From NCBI GenBank assembly GCA_021613535.1, contig CP075492.1:3224001-3288000 (forward strand): a stretch of 64,000 nucleotides of DNA, read 5' to 3'. The number at the start of each line of letters is the position of its first letter. Within the stretch, counting starts at the first letter, position 1. Position numbers and translations under genes: made by a program. Shown here piece by piece: positions 38,310-51,200 of this stretch. The notes under the pieces are model-generated. The model was not told the origin of the DNA and searched no databases. It saw only the letters and a program-made list of their open reading frames with translations. The DNA comes from Adineta vaga. Its lineage: Eukaryota > Animalia > Rotifera.

Positions 38310-38816
38310 TCAAAAATTCCACCGATAGCAAGCACGTGGTTGATTCGATTTCGAACATGGTTTAGGCGCCGAATACTTGGCTGCATCAGCCGGTAATTGT
38401 GTACCACATTCAAAGCAGATGCATGCCTGATGCTCTTGTGAATTGAGGATATGACCATATTTGCCGTTGAAGACGTCAACTAAGAATGCTGGCTTGTGAA
38501 CGCGAAGACCGGTGGCAACAACATCAAGAAAGTTGTTACGACGACCACATTTTTCACAATGCTCTTTCTTTGTTTTAATCACATAGGGAGATGAAAAGAA
38601 GCCTGGTTTAACTTCCAACAATTGTTCAATTTTTGTCATATCTTCAGCAGATGTTTCAACAAGGCTGAATCCACCAGACATATCATTGAAGAATTGCTCA
38701 TCGAATGAGAGCCAGTCAGCTTCCTTCATTGGCTTCGGTGCTGAACTATGTTGAGAAACATATTCATCGTCGACGTTTTTGCCGTAGATAGCTTCACGAA
38801 TATAAGCAAGAGCCAT
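38310..38816 (-). CDS. 168-aa uncharacterised protein with two CxxC pairs (putative Zn ribbon), intronless CDS
   Basis: First ATG in ORF 38310-38846 at 38816; HCEKCGRRNNFLDVV...HKPAFL...CICFECG; coding-like composition; probable 5'UTR intron (donor at ~38894). Confidence 0.8.
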   Translation of the reverse strand: MALAYIREAIYGKNVDDEYVSQHSSAPKPMKEADWLSFDEQFFNDMSGGFSLVETSAEDMTKIEQLLEVKPGFFSSPYVIKTKKEHCEKCGRRNNFLDVVATGLRVHKPAFLVDVFNGKYGHILNSQEHQACICFECGTQLPADAAKYSAPKPCSKSNQPRACYRWNF

Positions 38817-39485
38817 TTCTACGTTTTCTTTTGCTAAAAAATTCAATAATCACCGTCAATAAATGCTATAGAATGCAAGAAAAAAATTACTCACATTCGA
38901 GTTGTGTTTGACTGATTTGAAATGAAGATTGAAAGTTTGTATAACAGCAGAGAAATGGATGAATATTTATATGTAACGGTCAACGCAATAAAACTTACTT
39001 CCTCAATAATGCAATCTCGTCTACAATCTGTATGACAAAAATATAATATGTTATTTTTAAACATGATTTTTCACGTCAATTCCTGATGTAATTTTAATAT
39101 TCACTAATGATGCGCCATAAGCGATAATGATGTTTTCGATACGGTAGCCACACTAGACAAAGGCTGTATGTGCCATTAATTATGCAAAACTATCATACAT
39201 AAAAATAAAATCAAAATATCATGGTTTTTACCTATGAGTAATAAAAGAAAAGGAAGTACATCAAATGAGACAAACGACAGAGTGATGATGTATGAGTACA
39301 AAACTATTAGAGATGACAGTGAGAAATATATTGTGCCAATACGTTCTTCTAAGAAATTCTCTCGTATTTTTAATATTCAAAAGAATTGATATGTTTTTCG
39401 ATAGTCGAAACGTTGAATCGATTTTCTAATTGCAATTTTAGAAAGTTTTATTTGAATCTTGTAGTACTGATTACATTTACAATCT

Positions 39486-40973
39486 ATGACGGAAAATCAG
39501 ACGACATCTTTTAAACGTCTCATTGACGATACCGAAGACCTCGGCACGAATATTAGCTTTTATTGTAATCTTGAATGTGAAACTTTAACTCACGATATGA
39601 TATACCGAGCGCTGAGTCTTCTACGTCAGCATCATCCTTACTTTCGTCTACATGTCGACAAAATTGACGATGAACTATGGTTAGTTGAAGAAAAAATTGG
39701 TGATCTTCCTCTGACATGGATCGAAGGCATAACAGAAAACTGGCAAGACGAACTGATTAGTTTAGCAAATCGAGCTTACGATCATACTGTTTCACTCACA
39801 TTTCTTCAATGTCGATACAACATTCACGGCCAATATCAACTTTTTGGCGTGATCAATCACATAGCATTGGACGGCTTAGGCTTTGTTAAAGCACTTGACA
39901 CGTTATATAATTATCTGGGTGAAGTGACTTTGTGCGATGATTACAACGCTGTTATACCAAGAGATCGTCGACCATTCGTTAATGTGCTGATACGAAATCC
40001 GATACATCAACCGCCTATATTCAACTTCATACATGATTATTTGCCACCACAAGAACTTGATTCGACTACAAATGAAATTCAGTCTTCTGCATCATCTACA
40101 CAAGGACAAATAATAGGTTTATTTAAAAGATTTGATCGAGCAACTACATTAAAACTGATCACTTCTGCTAAAGCTCGTTCAACAACAGTTCAAGGAATGT
40201 TAAGTATTGCTGCTTTAATCACATCGATTTGGATACGAAAAAAACGGTGTCAACTTCCAGTTTGGACATTAAATTGGTGTGCAACCAATCTTCGCCGATC
40301 TGCACAACCTCCTATTGATTCTGAAGACTGTGTTTCGGCATCAGCACCATTAGCTTGGGAACAAGAAGTAAAAGAAGAATCGTCTCTTTGGGATCTCGCT
40401 CGAGATGCTTCAAAACAAATCCATAAACATAACAGTGAACATATGGGTTGGCATTTTCTCAATGCAAAAAAGTTTGGTGTATCAATCAAACCATCAACTG
40501 TGATGACATCATCAAATGGAACAGCTCAACTAAGAACTATGTATGGAAAAGTAAAAGTTAAGGATTTACGTGCTATGACTGCTCATTATAATTCTGTTTC
40601 CATCCATGATGCATCACATATGAATTATATCAGTATTTACGATGAACATGTGAATTTAGTTACTACGTTTACACATCCTGGTCTAAGTAAAGAGTGGGGT
40701 AAACGATTTCATCATGGAATTATTTGTATATTACAGTATTTTGCAAACGATACCAGTTTAACTGTACATTCTATCCTCGATATATTGGACAAGTATGATC
40801 GACAGTTACACCCTAATTTTATCTCATCAACGAATCGGACAGATTCTATTATATTTTCAAGTTTACGTCGTCTTATCGCATTAATTACTAGAGTACCTGC
40901 GTTGTCATGCTGTGCCGTATTGTCTTGTTTTTTATTATCTGCCATAGTTCGACGAAAATTTACTGATATTTAA
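39486..40973 (+). CDS. CoA-dependent acyltransferase of the condensation-domain / PapA5 / alcohol O-acetyltransferase fold
   Basis: 495 aa, intronless; RALSLLRQHHPYFR, catalytic HxxxDG motif (NHIALDGLG), LITSAKARSTTVQGMLS, NLRR, LWDLAR; hydrophobic C-terminal anchor. Confidence 0.82.
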   Translation: MTENQTTSFKRLIDDTEDLGTNISFYCNLECETLTHDMIYRALSLLRQHHPYFRLHVDKIDDELWLVEEKIGDLPLTWIEGITENWQDELISLANRAYDHTVSLTFLQCRYNIHGQYQLFGVINHIALDGLGFVKALDTLYNYLGEVTLCDDYNAVIPRDRRPFVNVLIRNPIHQPPIFNFIHDYLPPQELDSTTNEIQSSASSTQGQIIGLFKRFDRATTLKLITSAKARSTTVQGMLSIAALITSIWIRKKRCQLPVWTLNWCATNLRRSAQPPIDSEDCVSASAPLAWEQEVKEESSLWDLARDASKQIHKHNSEHMGWHFLNAKKFGVSIKPSTVMTSSNGTAQLRTMYGKVKVKDLRAMTAHYNSVSIHDASHMNYISIYDEHVNLVTTFTHPGLSKEWGKRFHHGIICILQYFANDTSLTVHSILDILDKYDRQLHPNFISSTNRTDSIIFSSLRRLIALITRVPALSCCAVLSCFLLSAIVRRKFTDI

Positions 40974-41500
40974 AACAAATACCATTCATTGTTCTATATG
41001 ATACAAATAGTAATAACGATGTTTTGATGCAAAAGAACAATACTTTTTTTATTGTAGTACTCAATATTTTTTACGTTTTGAAGATTAATATATAGTTCTA
41101 TCTGATATCCAGGCCCACACCCTCTAGTGTATCTATCTGGCGCCCGTAAATAAATCAGAGTGATGTTACCTATTGAATATGTCATATAGGCTTTCTTTTG
41201 CCAGAATATTGAGTAATCGGTTGTAAAAACGAGAACACATATGTCTCATTATACAAGAGACATTGAATCTCAAGCAAGGTAATTTTTATTCTGGTGGGTG
41301 GTATTATGTAGGAGCTAGATGCAATCGAAAAACTCACTCATTTGGGTAAACAATGGTTAATAGTTGGCATAAGGCAAGGATGAGCTTATGAACCACGAGC
41401 ATAAATTACATGCGCTTGAACGATCTATATTTATGCTTTTCTTTTTGAATAGTAGTATAACTTAAGAAAAAGTTGAAAGTTCTTTATATGAAATATTCAA

Positions 41501-44286
41501 CTAGTTAATGTTTCGAATAACTGATACAATAATAACAGGAATACGTCGTTTGATTGCTCTTGGTCGCATTCTCACAGTCATATTCGGACGACGAAGACAT
41601 GGACATGTTGGTTCTTTTAATTTTTTTTTTCTACGAAAATTTTTCAATTCTTCACCGGTAAAATCCAGACCGAAACCATATTTTAATATATCCATAATGA
41701 TAATAAACATAGCAGTACATATGAGAATAGCAATTGCAATAGAAGCAAATGATTTTGCAATACCTTGTTGTGCTTTGATTTTATTCGATGCTATTTGACA
41801 AAATTGACCAGAATAACTTTGTCCAAGACACTCACATGTATAATTCAAATATGCTGAACGACACACACCATTATTTTGACAGGAAACACCACGACAATAA
41901 TCAGTCTTTGTTTCACAATTAATTCCTTCCCATCCCGTTGCACATGAACAATGAAATGTCGTTGGTGATGTTTCATTACAAATACCTATTACAAAATCAA
42001 TACAGAGACATGATCAAAAGAAATATTCATGTACCATTATTCCAACAAGTAGTCGATGTACATGGTCGATTATTAAATTGACATTGACTACCATTAAAAC
42101 CAGATGGACATGAACAAGTATAACCAAATGATGTTGTATTGATAGTAGTACAAGTTCCATTATTTTGACATGGACTTAATACGGTACATGGATCACTTGA
42201 TGTATTACAATTAATACCAATATTTGTTGAATTTGGACAAAGTAATGTAACAAAGAAAGGTGAAGATGGTGATTGATCTAGAATTAAGTAAAAGTTTTTC
42301 TTTGGAAAACTTCATTATTAAAGAATTATTTACTGCAAGTATTTCTTGTCAAGAGAAATTTTTGAATTCGATCATTACTGGAATCAACAACAAATAAATT
42401 TCCATAACTATCAAAACTAATTATTCGTGGATGATTTAATTGATTTGACGCCAATCCTGATGTATTAGTACATCCAACGATACATCGGAAACCATCGGAA
42501 TTCGAACCAAGAATACGATTATTATGTGAATCAGAAATAAATAAATAACCATCATTATCAAATGCAATTCCAATGGGACAATCGAGATCTATTGTATTGT
42601 TTGCACCTCTTCCTGCTATTGTTGTTCCATTCAATTGACCATATGGAAACAATTGAATTCGATCATTACTACAATCTGCTACATATAAATTAAATTTTCT
42701 ATCAACATAAATTCCTCGAGGTGAATTCAACGTATTCGGCGCAAATAGAGCAGTACCATTTCCTGCTATTATTACCGTTTTATTAACTCCATCGTACATT
42801 GATCTTCGTATAACTCGATGTAAAGAACCCAGAGAGCAATAAAGACTATTGTTGTGATCAACAAATAAACTATAACAAGGCCCGTTAACATACATTGCAG
42901 GAATACTCTCTGTTGCATTTTCTATCCATCGATCAACTCTTCGATTCGCCGCACCATTATCAATATAAATATCTCCAATACTTGTAACGAAAATAGAAAA
43001 TGAATTGTTGAAATCATCTGACATATACCGGGTGAGTGTTGTACTTCCTTCTGACCAAATTTGTACGCGACCCAAAGATTTTTCTGGAAAATATATTGTG
43101 TTAGTAATGTCGATGAATAATCCGTAGGGATCTGCTTCGATTGTATTATTATCTGCAAAAGTGATTGCTGTTGAACTCCATGTTGCACAAGAACTCAATT
43201 CTGGTTGATTATAAAATGGAACTAAAGCACAAAAATATTCATCAATCAATATGACGTTAGCGATTTCTTACTTTGATATTGATATTTTTGAATTCGATTG
43301 TTGACATAATCACATACATAAAGTGAACCTTTACTATCAAATGCTATTGAATCTGGAAAATTTAAATGTGTCGAAGAAGAACCTTGTCTTCCTGTACAAC
43401 CAACAATACATTCACCAATCGTCGAATTCGGTGGCCAACGTACCACTCTCGAATTTCGACCATCACTAATATACATATATTCATTTGTATCAACAATAAC
43501 TTGCATAGGAGAATTTAATTGTGCCAAAGTTTTTCCACGTGTTCCATTTCCTGCAACGCGAATACCTGATGAAGCACCTGCGAACCATTTCATAATTCGA
43601 TGATTTTCATGATCTGCAATATAAAGAGTTCCATTTGAATCAACAAATATTCCATTGGGAAAAAAGAGTTGATTATCATTTGAACCATATGTTGAATCTC
43701 CAGCAACAAGAATTCCATCGGTTCCATTGGCCAGAAAAAGCCATACAGAATGATTAAAAGTATCACTCAAATAAATATTATCATTATTATCAACGAATAT
43801 AAAATGAGGTCGAGTGAAATTATTTATATTTGGTACTCGAGTTGGATTCGAACCATTAAGTAACATTTTTTGCACTCGAGAATTTATAAAATCAATAACG
43901 TAAAGTGATGTATTCGTCGTAGATATACCAAATGGTCCAGTAAATTCACCAAGATTACTTCCTGGTCCTGATCCGATAATAGACGTATTATTCTCATCAT
44001 TAAGATCGATTGTTATAATACGATCGTTTGCTGTATCACTTATATAAAGAATATCAGCATAACTAATTGATATATCATAGGGAGATGAAATATTTGTGTA
44101 ATTTGAAAGTCCAATGATAGTAATACCAGTTTGATTCCAAGATGGTCGTGATGATAAGTTTATTTCTCCTGAGAAAAAGAACTTGATAAGAAAGAAAGCA
44201 ATCGATTAGAGATTGGCTTTACCTATGATTTGATTGATGATGAACTCAGTGATTAAACAAAGATTCCAAATTTTGAATCGAAGCAT
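41501..44286 (-). CDS. Type I membrane protein: signal peptide, two NHL propellers, ~3 EGF-like domains, TM, basic tail
   Basis: ATG at 44286 (MLRFKIWNLCLITEFIINQIIG). The two NHL ORFs are joined by a phase-1 intron (~43271-43223), not a frameshift. EGF exons PCQNNGTC...YTCSCPSGFNGSQC and CQNNGVC...CECLGQSYSGQFC; TM SFASIAIAILICTAMFIIIMDILKY. Confidence 0.88.
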
Positions 44287-44880
44287 TCTTTCTTTGTTTT
44301 GTTATCGTAATGAAAGAAAATAATTGATTCTCCGAACATTCTCTTTATATATAGTCTATAATCAAAACAAAAGAAAAACTTTTTTTTCCATTTTTTTTGG
44401 TTATTCTAAATAAATATTTGATAGAAATTCTTATTCGAATGTAAAAGATAATATTTGATATTCGGTACTAGTTTGATATATATATTCATCTAAATGAATT
44501 CTTTCGAGAAAAATCAAATAAAAGGCCTTGAAATAAGATTGTTTTCGTTCATAAATGATCAATAGAAATATCCGAGAAGAAGAAAAAATCAATTTATAAA
44601 AAAATAATAGATGGACTTTGAATCCATATTATATGACAAAATCAAATGGCGTGATTTTTTTCTTTTTTCTTTTTTTTTGCTAATGAAACATTGAATATGT
44701 TGAGTGAACTTCATCACTTTCAGTAAAAAAAGTAGGATATACTTTAAAATACTTTCTAATAAGGACATTCATTATCTTATCTTTCATTTCTTCTCAAAAG
44801 ATTTCTGCACACACATAATTATAGTGACGTGTTTGTTTATCACAGTAGGATCCATTCCATAAGCCTATAAAAGTGAAGAG

Positions 44881-45967
44881 ATGAATAAGAACAAAACGTC
44901 ATTTGCGCTTTTCCAAGACATATACATAGACATGCTTGAAACTAATTCTACCACATCATATTGGACGTATAGTTCATCTAAAATAAATCGTTATTTTCCA
45001 ATACCACTTCTTATACTTGGTACATTTGGAAATATACTTAATATCGTTATTTTTACTAGGAAAACGTTACGAAAAAATTCTTGTGTTCAATATTTATTAG
45101 CAACAACCATCGTTAGTCTATTAGCACTTTATATTGGTTTAATGAGTCGATTATTAAATGGATATAATCTTGATTATACTTCATATTCATCAATACTATG
45201 TAAAATTCGATATTTCCTTTCATATCTTTGTCTTTATTGTACATCTTGGTTTATAACACTTGCATGTTTCGATCGATTTTGCAGTTCATCAACATCAATT
45301 TCACTTCGAAATCTTTGTAATCAAAAGACAGTTTATAAAACAATTGCAACCGTAACTCTTTCTGGGTGTTTAATCTTTGGTGAAACAATTTATTGTTTTG
45401 ATAATGGAAATCTCAATACAGTTGCATCATGTTATACAGTATCAGTTCAATGTCAAATTGCTGACGGTCTTCTTTTAATGATATTTTTTACAACAATTCC
45501 AGTTTTTTCAATGATTACTTTTGGTTATTTAACATTAAGAAATATTCGACAAAGTCGACGACGAATTACAACTGCAAATATTAATCCAAACTTGAATCAA
45601 GATTTGTCTAACATACAAAAAAGTTCTTCTTCAGCAAGAATTCGAAAGCAAGATTTACAAATCATGACCATGTTATTTGTTCAAGTAAAGCAAATGAATC
45701 TTTCCTTTTCTTTTTAGCTTTTTCTCTTCGATATTTTTTTCTCAGGTTGGAATTCTTATTGTGTTCAGTTCACCAATGGGATTTTACAAATTTTATTCAT
45801 CTTTAACTGCTTATACCAACAAATCTTTAGAACGAACAGCAATTGAAAATTTTATCGCACAGTTTGGTATTTTAATAACATATATTAATAATTCAATGAT
45901 GTTTTTTGTTTATACACTTACTGGTAGAATATTTCGTCAAGAAATAATTAAATTATTATTCAAATAA
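44881..45967 (+). CDS. Rhodopsin-like (class A) GPCR, 2 exons
   Basis: GTFGNILN, LCKIRY, CFDRF; intron ~45685-45745 (FVQ|VGILIVFSSP); FFVYTLTGRIFRQE. The real start may be the Met at 44932. Confidence 0.88.
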
Positions 45968-46020
45968 AACTTATTTTTATAAAAAAAACAATGTTTTTTG
46001 AAATATAATCTTAATTTACA

Positions 46021-46801
46021 TCACTCAAAATCAATTGACAGCGTTTGTGATGGTGCATTGCATGTTGCACCATTGATCCCACCCCAATAAGCATTTCCAA
46101 CACATGGTCTAATTGAATAACCTGTAGGGCAACTACAATAAGCAGCTGAACCTATATGATAACCACCCCAACATTCAGAACCAGCTCTCCAGTTAATTCC
46201 ATTGAGAGGAGCAATTATTGAGCTTGTATTATATCTTAAGCCTATTGCAAGTGCAGTAACAACAGTTGTGTCCGTTATTGTTATACCTTTTGGATCATTC
46301 GAACCATAAATACGCATTTTCGAATAGCTTGTACAAGTTAAACCAGTCGTAAAGATTCTCCAATTTGTACATTGAGTTGTTGGAGTTGCACCATTTGTAA
46401 AACTATCACTATATGTCGTTGCACATGCTAAAGAGTTATATTAGTACAAGAAAATATTTCAATTAAAAAAAAACTTACAACTTTTTCGAGTATCTAGTGA
46501 ATAAAAAGGAAATGAATGAGAAAAATTAAAAGATTTTTCTTCTATGCACTTACCCAGTACAATAACAATAATAGGAATGATAATCGCTGCTAATACGAGA
46601 AGACCCAATAGAACTAATAACTGAATACATACACATCGTGACACAGAACATCTAATTATTCACAAGCCTAATGAAGAATAACGAAGTATATGAAGAAACA
46701 AACCTGGATTTTGCTGTTGAAACATGATTTTGATTTCCGATTTCTAATTGTTTGGGAGGAATTTTTGAAGTCGGTTTTGAGGAAGAAGAAGATTTATTCA
46801 T
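46021..46801 (-). CDS. Type II membrane protein with Cys-rich C-terminal ectodomain, paralog 1 of 3 (4 exons)
   Basis: MNKSSSSSKPTSK...|RCSVSRCVCIQLLVLLGLLVLAAIIIPIIVIVL|DTRKS (15-nt microexon)|SCATTYSDSF...IRPC.GN..WGG.NG.TC...QTLSIDFE*; all junctions GT-AG and in phase. Confidence 0.82.
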
Positions 46802-47432
46802 ATCAATATGACCCACAAAAATTTGTTTTCTAAAAAAATGATCATCAAAACACACAGTTTTTCTTCGTCTCGAATTCAATCAGTATTTTTCAGTAAAAAT
46901 TTGCTATAGGCACGTGGCTTGATGCCATAGCATCACTCATAGATGTTCTATATTCATTTAAGGCGTAAGCAAAACAAATGTTGAGACAGTTACATTTTCA
47001 AAACATAAAAGCTTTTTGTCTAAACATTCTTTCATCTCTCTCATTCATTGTATTTCTAGCGGAATATGAAAAAAGTCCATTTGTTTAACATCATCACCAA
47101 GGTTAGTAGAAAAAACATGTTTCATCGTTGTTCTCAATTATAATTCTCAATTATAACCTGAATCAAACAATGAGAAATTTTGGATTAAAACAATTTTTTT
47201 TAATCATGAGGGTGTGGGTGCGTGAATTTCTTGATCCCGATTACCTTTCGGGCAATTCCGATGAAAAATTGTTCCTTTGATTCTAACATTGTTCTTCTAC
47301 CAATCAGTAAAGTATGGACAGACAAACAATTTATTCTTACAAGACTCATTTCTACAACAAAGTGAATACATTCATTCTTTTCTTTTTCATTTGAAAACAA
47401 AGTTTTTTTTTGCAAAATAAATTTATTTTATT

Positions 47433-48208
47433 TCATTCAAAAGAAATAGACAGAGTTTGTGATGTTGGATTACATGTTGCACCATTCATTCCTCCCCAAT
47501 GAACATTCCCCGCACATGGCCTAATAGTATATCCTGCACTACACGTATGAGCTCCTGTTGAAGTTATTTCATAACCCGACCAATCTGTACCAACTCGCCA
47601 ATTGATTCCATTATACCTGACAATTAATGTTGTATTATACCTTAAAGCTACAGCAAGTGCAGTGACAGCAGATGCATCTGTTATTGTTATACCTGTTGGA
47701 TCATTCGAACCATAAATACGCATTTTCGAATAGCTTGTACAAGTTAAACCAGTCGTAAAGATTCTCCAATTTGTACATTGAGTTGTTGCAGTTACACCAG
47801 TTGTAAAACTATCACTATATGTCGTTGCACATGCTAAAGAGTTATATTAATACAAGAAAATATTTTAATTTTAATACTTACAATTAGTTCGAGTATCTAG
47901 TGAAGAAAAAAGGAAATGAATGAGAAAAATTAAAAGATTTTTCTTCTGTGCACTTACCAAGAACAATAACAATAATAGGAATGATAATCGCTGCTAATAC
48001 GAGAAGACACAATAGAACTAATAACTGAATACATACACATCGTGAAACAGAACATCTAATTATTCACAAGCCTAATGAAGAATAACGAAGTATATGAAGA
48101 AACAAACCTGGATTTTGGTGTTGAAACATGATTTTGATTTCCGATTTCTAATTGTTTGGGAGGAATTTTTGAAGTTGTTTTTGAAGAAGAAGAAGAAGAT
48201 TTATTCAT
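47433..48208 (-). CDS. Type II membrane protein with Cys-rich C-terminal ectodomain, paralog 2 of 3
   Basis: Same 4-exon structure as 46021-46801; last exon contains ORF 47433-47723. Confidence 0.82.
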
Positions 48209-51200
48209 ATCAATACGACTCAAAAAGAATTTGTTTTGCAGTAAGAAACGATTGAAATTTCATTCGTATTCACAAGAAAGAAGACAAACGACGCGTTTTT
48301 TTCTTCCTTTCGGATTCAATCGTAGATGTTTTCTGTTCATTTAAGGCGTAAACAAAAGCAAATGTTTAAACAGTTACTCTTTCAAAACATGAAAGCTTTT
48401 TGTCTAAACATTCACACACACTCTCTCTCTCTCTTCTCTTCTCTTCTGTTTCACCTTTTCTGTTTCTCTATAAGAATGTGAAAAGTATACATTCTTTTGA
48501 CATCATTACAAAGATCAGTATGAAATCTATTGGAATATTTGTCACATTGTTAATCTTGATCTAAAAATCCCAATTAGAGCATTTGTTTCTTCATTAATAT
48601 TGAATTCATAGTTGAACAAAAACTCAATATACGTTTATAAAGCGAAATCGAGTAAAAAACACTTAATATTCTGAATCTATGATTGAATTGCATAAATCAT
48701 TTTATAATTCAAAAAAAAACTGATTTGAATGGCAAGTTTCTCATGGAGTTGAGACATTGATAAAAAGAAAACTGTTCTTTTATTCTGATTCGATTTAAAT
48801 ACAAGATCAGTTATGTAAAAGAGATGATAAAACAAGACTGAAATTCATCGACTTAACAAATAAGATGTGTTCGTAGTTTATTTATCTAATTATTTAGGAT
48901 CTTTTTTAAAACGTGATTTGAATCATACAGAAATAATCAATATCAGATGATTGTCAAATGCTTATTGGATCATATATACCACTTTGAAATAGTATAGTTT
49001 TATCGTTGATCTTTGGGTTGCGTTGAATATGTGCAATAGATATGCTGCACTTATACATAACAAAAATACATTAATATCACAATTGGATATATTCCTAAAG
49101 TAGCAAGTGTTCAAGTGAGCATTTTGCTGTTCTGTTTCATAATATTAAAGAAATTTTTTTGCTGCAAATCTTTCCGATGATATAGTTCAAATTTCGGTGT
49201 CAAATCGTGTGAAATACTTCATTATTCGTTCATTCTCATGTTTCAACTAATTCAAAAAATGTGAATTTGTTTCCAGATCAGACCCAACAATCTCTGCTGT
49301 TGTATCACGTCTTAGTTTAACAGCTACTTATACTGGTGAATAGTTCCAGTGTAGTAACAGCATGTAATATAAATGAGATAAGAATGGACACACACCTTAT
49401 GTCGGTGATATGAATGATATTGAAATTTATAGTCAAGTATTAAATTTCCGTGATATTGATGCATTGTATAGAATAGTTTACCAAAGACCTCTTTCCAATC
49501 CAATATACTCTACATCCCGTTGGTTATTATTCTCTTTCTGCATTGCTTGTTTGCTTTTCGTATTCCATATATGGTATACTCATTTGTTATACCACATATA
49601 ATTTTCTGAGTAGCTTTGGATCATTGCATCAATTCTATCGAATCTTTGATATAAAATAAAAAGTATATATGACGGGTATAATTTTAGTCAATCAATAGAA
49701 ATAATGGAATCAAACTGTGATATTTTTCTGCCATGTGTGCTTTGTTTCTGTCTCTATATACTGTTTTTATTCATTTATCTATGTTGATTTTCCGGTAAGA
49801 CAAGAGTTTAAACGAGCCGTGTGATATCGCCCGACCGTTTGTTCTTACTTCCGCACGATATCAACAATATGTTTTGTGTACTATCCGACATAAAAATACT
49901 TGCATTATTCCGATGTTACCTGTTTTTTGACGTTTCCATCACAGTACAATCGCAGATATGTTTCAACTGCGACCCATTTTCGTCAAAAACTAATAGATAC
50001 GAATTTGTAGCTGAATTAAACCGATTTTTGAAAAGATAATCATTGACTTTACAAAGGTCATAACTTGTTCTAAATATGTCACATATGCAACGGTAACTGA
50101 AGCAGAGTCTCAGGAAAAAATGATGATATAGGCTATTATGGCAACGTGACACATCCTGGATACAAGTGAACAGTGACATACAACTAGATGATGTGTAAAC
50201 AGAAATGTCTCAAAATTCTTTCTCATCGTTTTCCCTCTTACTCATTCACTTTTGCCAGTTGTTTTCATTATAGTTTCATATGCTTATCTCTATAAATCTA
50301 TTTCAATCATACGTTAAGAAAAAGTCTATATTTATCTATATAAGTGATTCTAATCAGTTCCTCAACATGTACTTTTATAAATTCCATTGATTTTTAACTA
50401 TTCATACAGAAAAATTTGAACATTTTTCATATGAAAACAAAGTTTCCTCAACATAATTTGAATTCGGTTCATTCAAAAGAAATTGACATAGTTTGCGTTG
50501 GTCCACTGCATGATGCACCAGCGATTGCTCCCCAACTAGGATTTCCATGGCATGGCCTGATCGTATAACCTGTTGAACTACAAATACAAGTTCCTAATGA
50601 CGTTATTTCATAACCGGACCCACATGAACCAACTCGCCAATTGATTCCATTTAGAGGAGAAATTATTGAGCTTGTATTATATCTTAAGCCTATTGCAAGT
50701 GCAGTAACAACAGTTGTGTCCGTTATTGTTATTCCTGTTGGATCATTCGAACCATAAATACGCATTTTCGAATAGCTTGTACAAGTTAAACCAGTCGTAA
50801 AGATTCTCCAATTTGTACATTGAGTTGTTGCAGTTACACCAGTTGTAAAACTATCACTATATGTCGTTGCACATGCTAAAGAGTTATATTAATACAAGAA
50901 AATATTTTAATTTTAATACTTACAATTAGTTCGAGTATCTAGTGAATAAAAAGGAAATGAATGAGAAAAATTAAAAGATTTTTCTTCAATGCACTTACCA
51001 AGAACAATAACAATAATAGGAATGATAATCGCTGCTAATACGAGAAGACACAATAGAACTAATAACTGAATACATACACATCGTGACACAGAACATCTAA
51101 TTATTCACAAGCCTAATGAAGAATAACGAAGTATATGAAGAAACAAACCTGGATTTTGGTGTTGAAACATGATTTTGATTTCCGATTTCTAATTGTTTGG

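Noticed and set aside
38310-40973. Possible bacterial or fungal contaminant contig segment
   Set aside because: AT-rich composition matches the flanks, there is no operon-like packing, and it is contiguous with intron-rich animal genes. A chimeric join cannot be fully excluded without reads.
43223-43271. Apparent frameshift between the two NHL ORFs
   Set aside because: Explained by a ~50-nt phase-1 GT-AG intron.
48850-50460. Spacer between paralogs 2 and 3 with stop-riddled coding-like stretches
   Set aside because: No family motif was recognisable, so it cannot be called a pseudogene or transposon from sequence alone.
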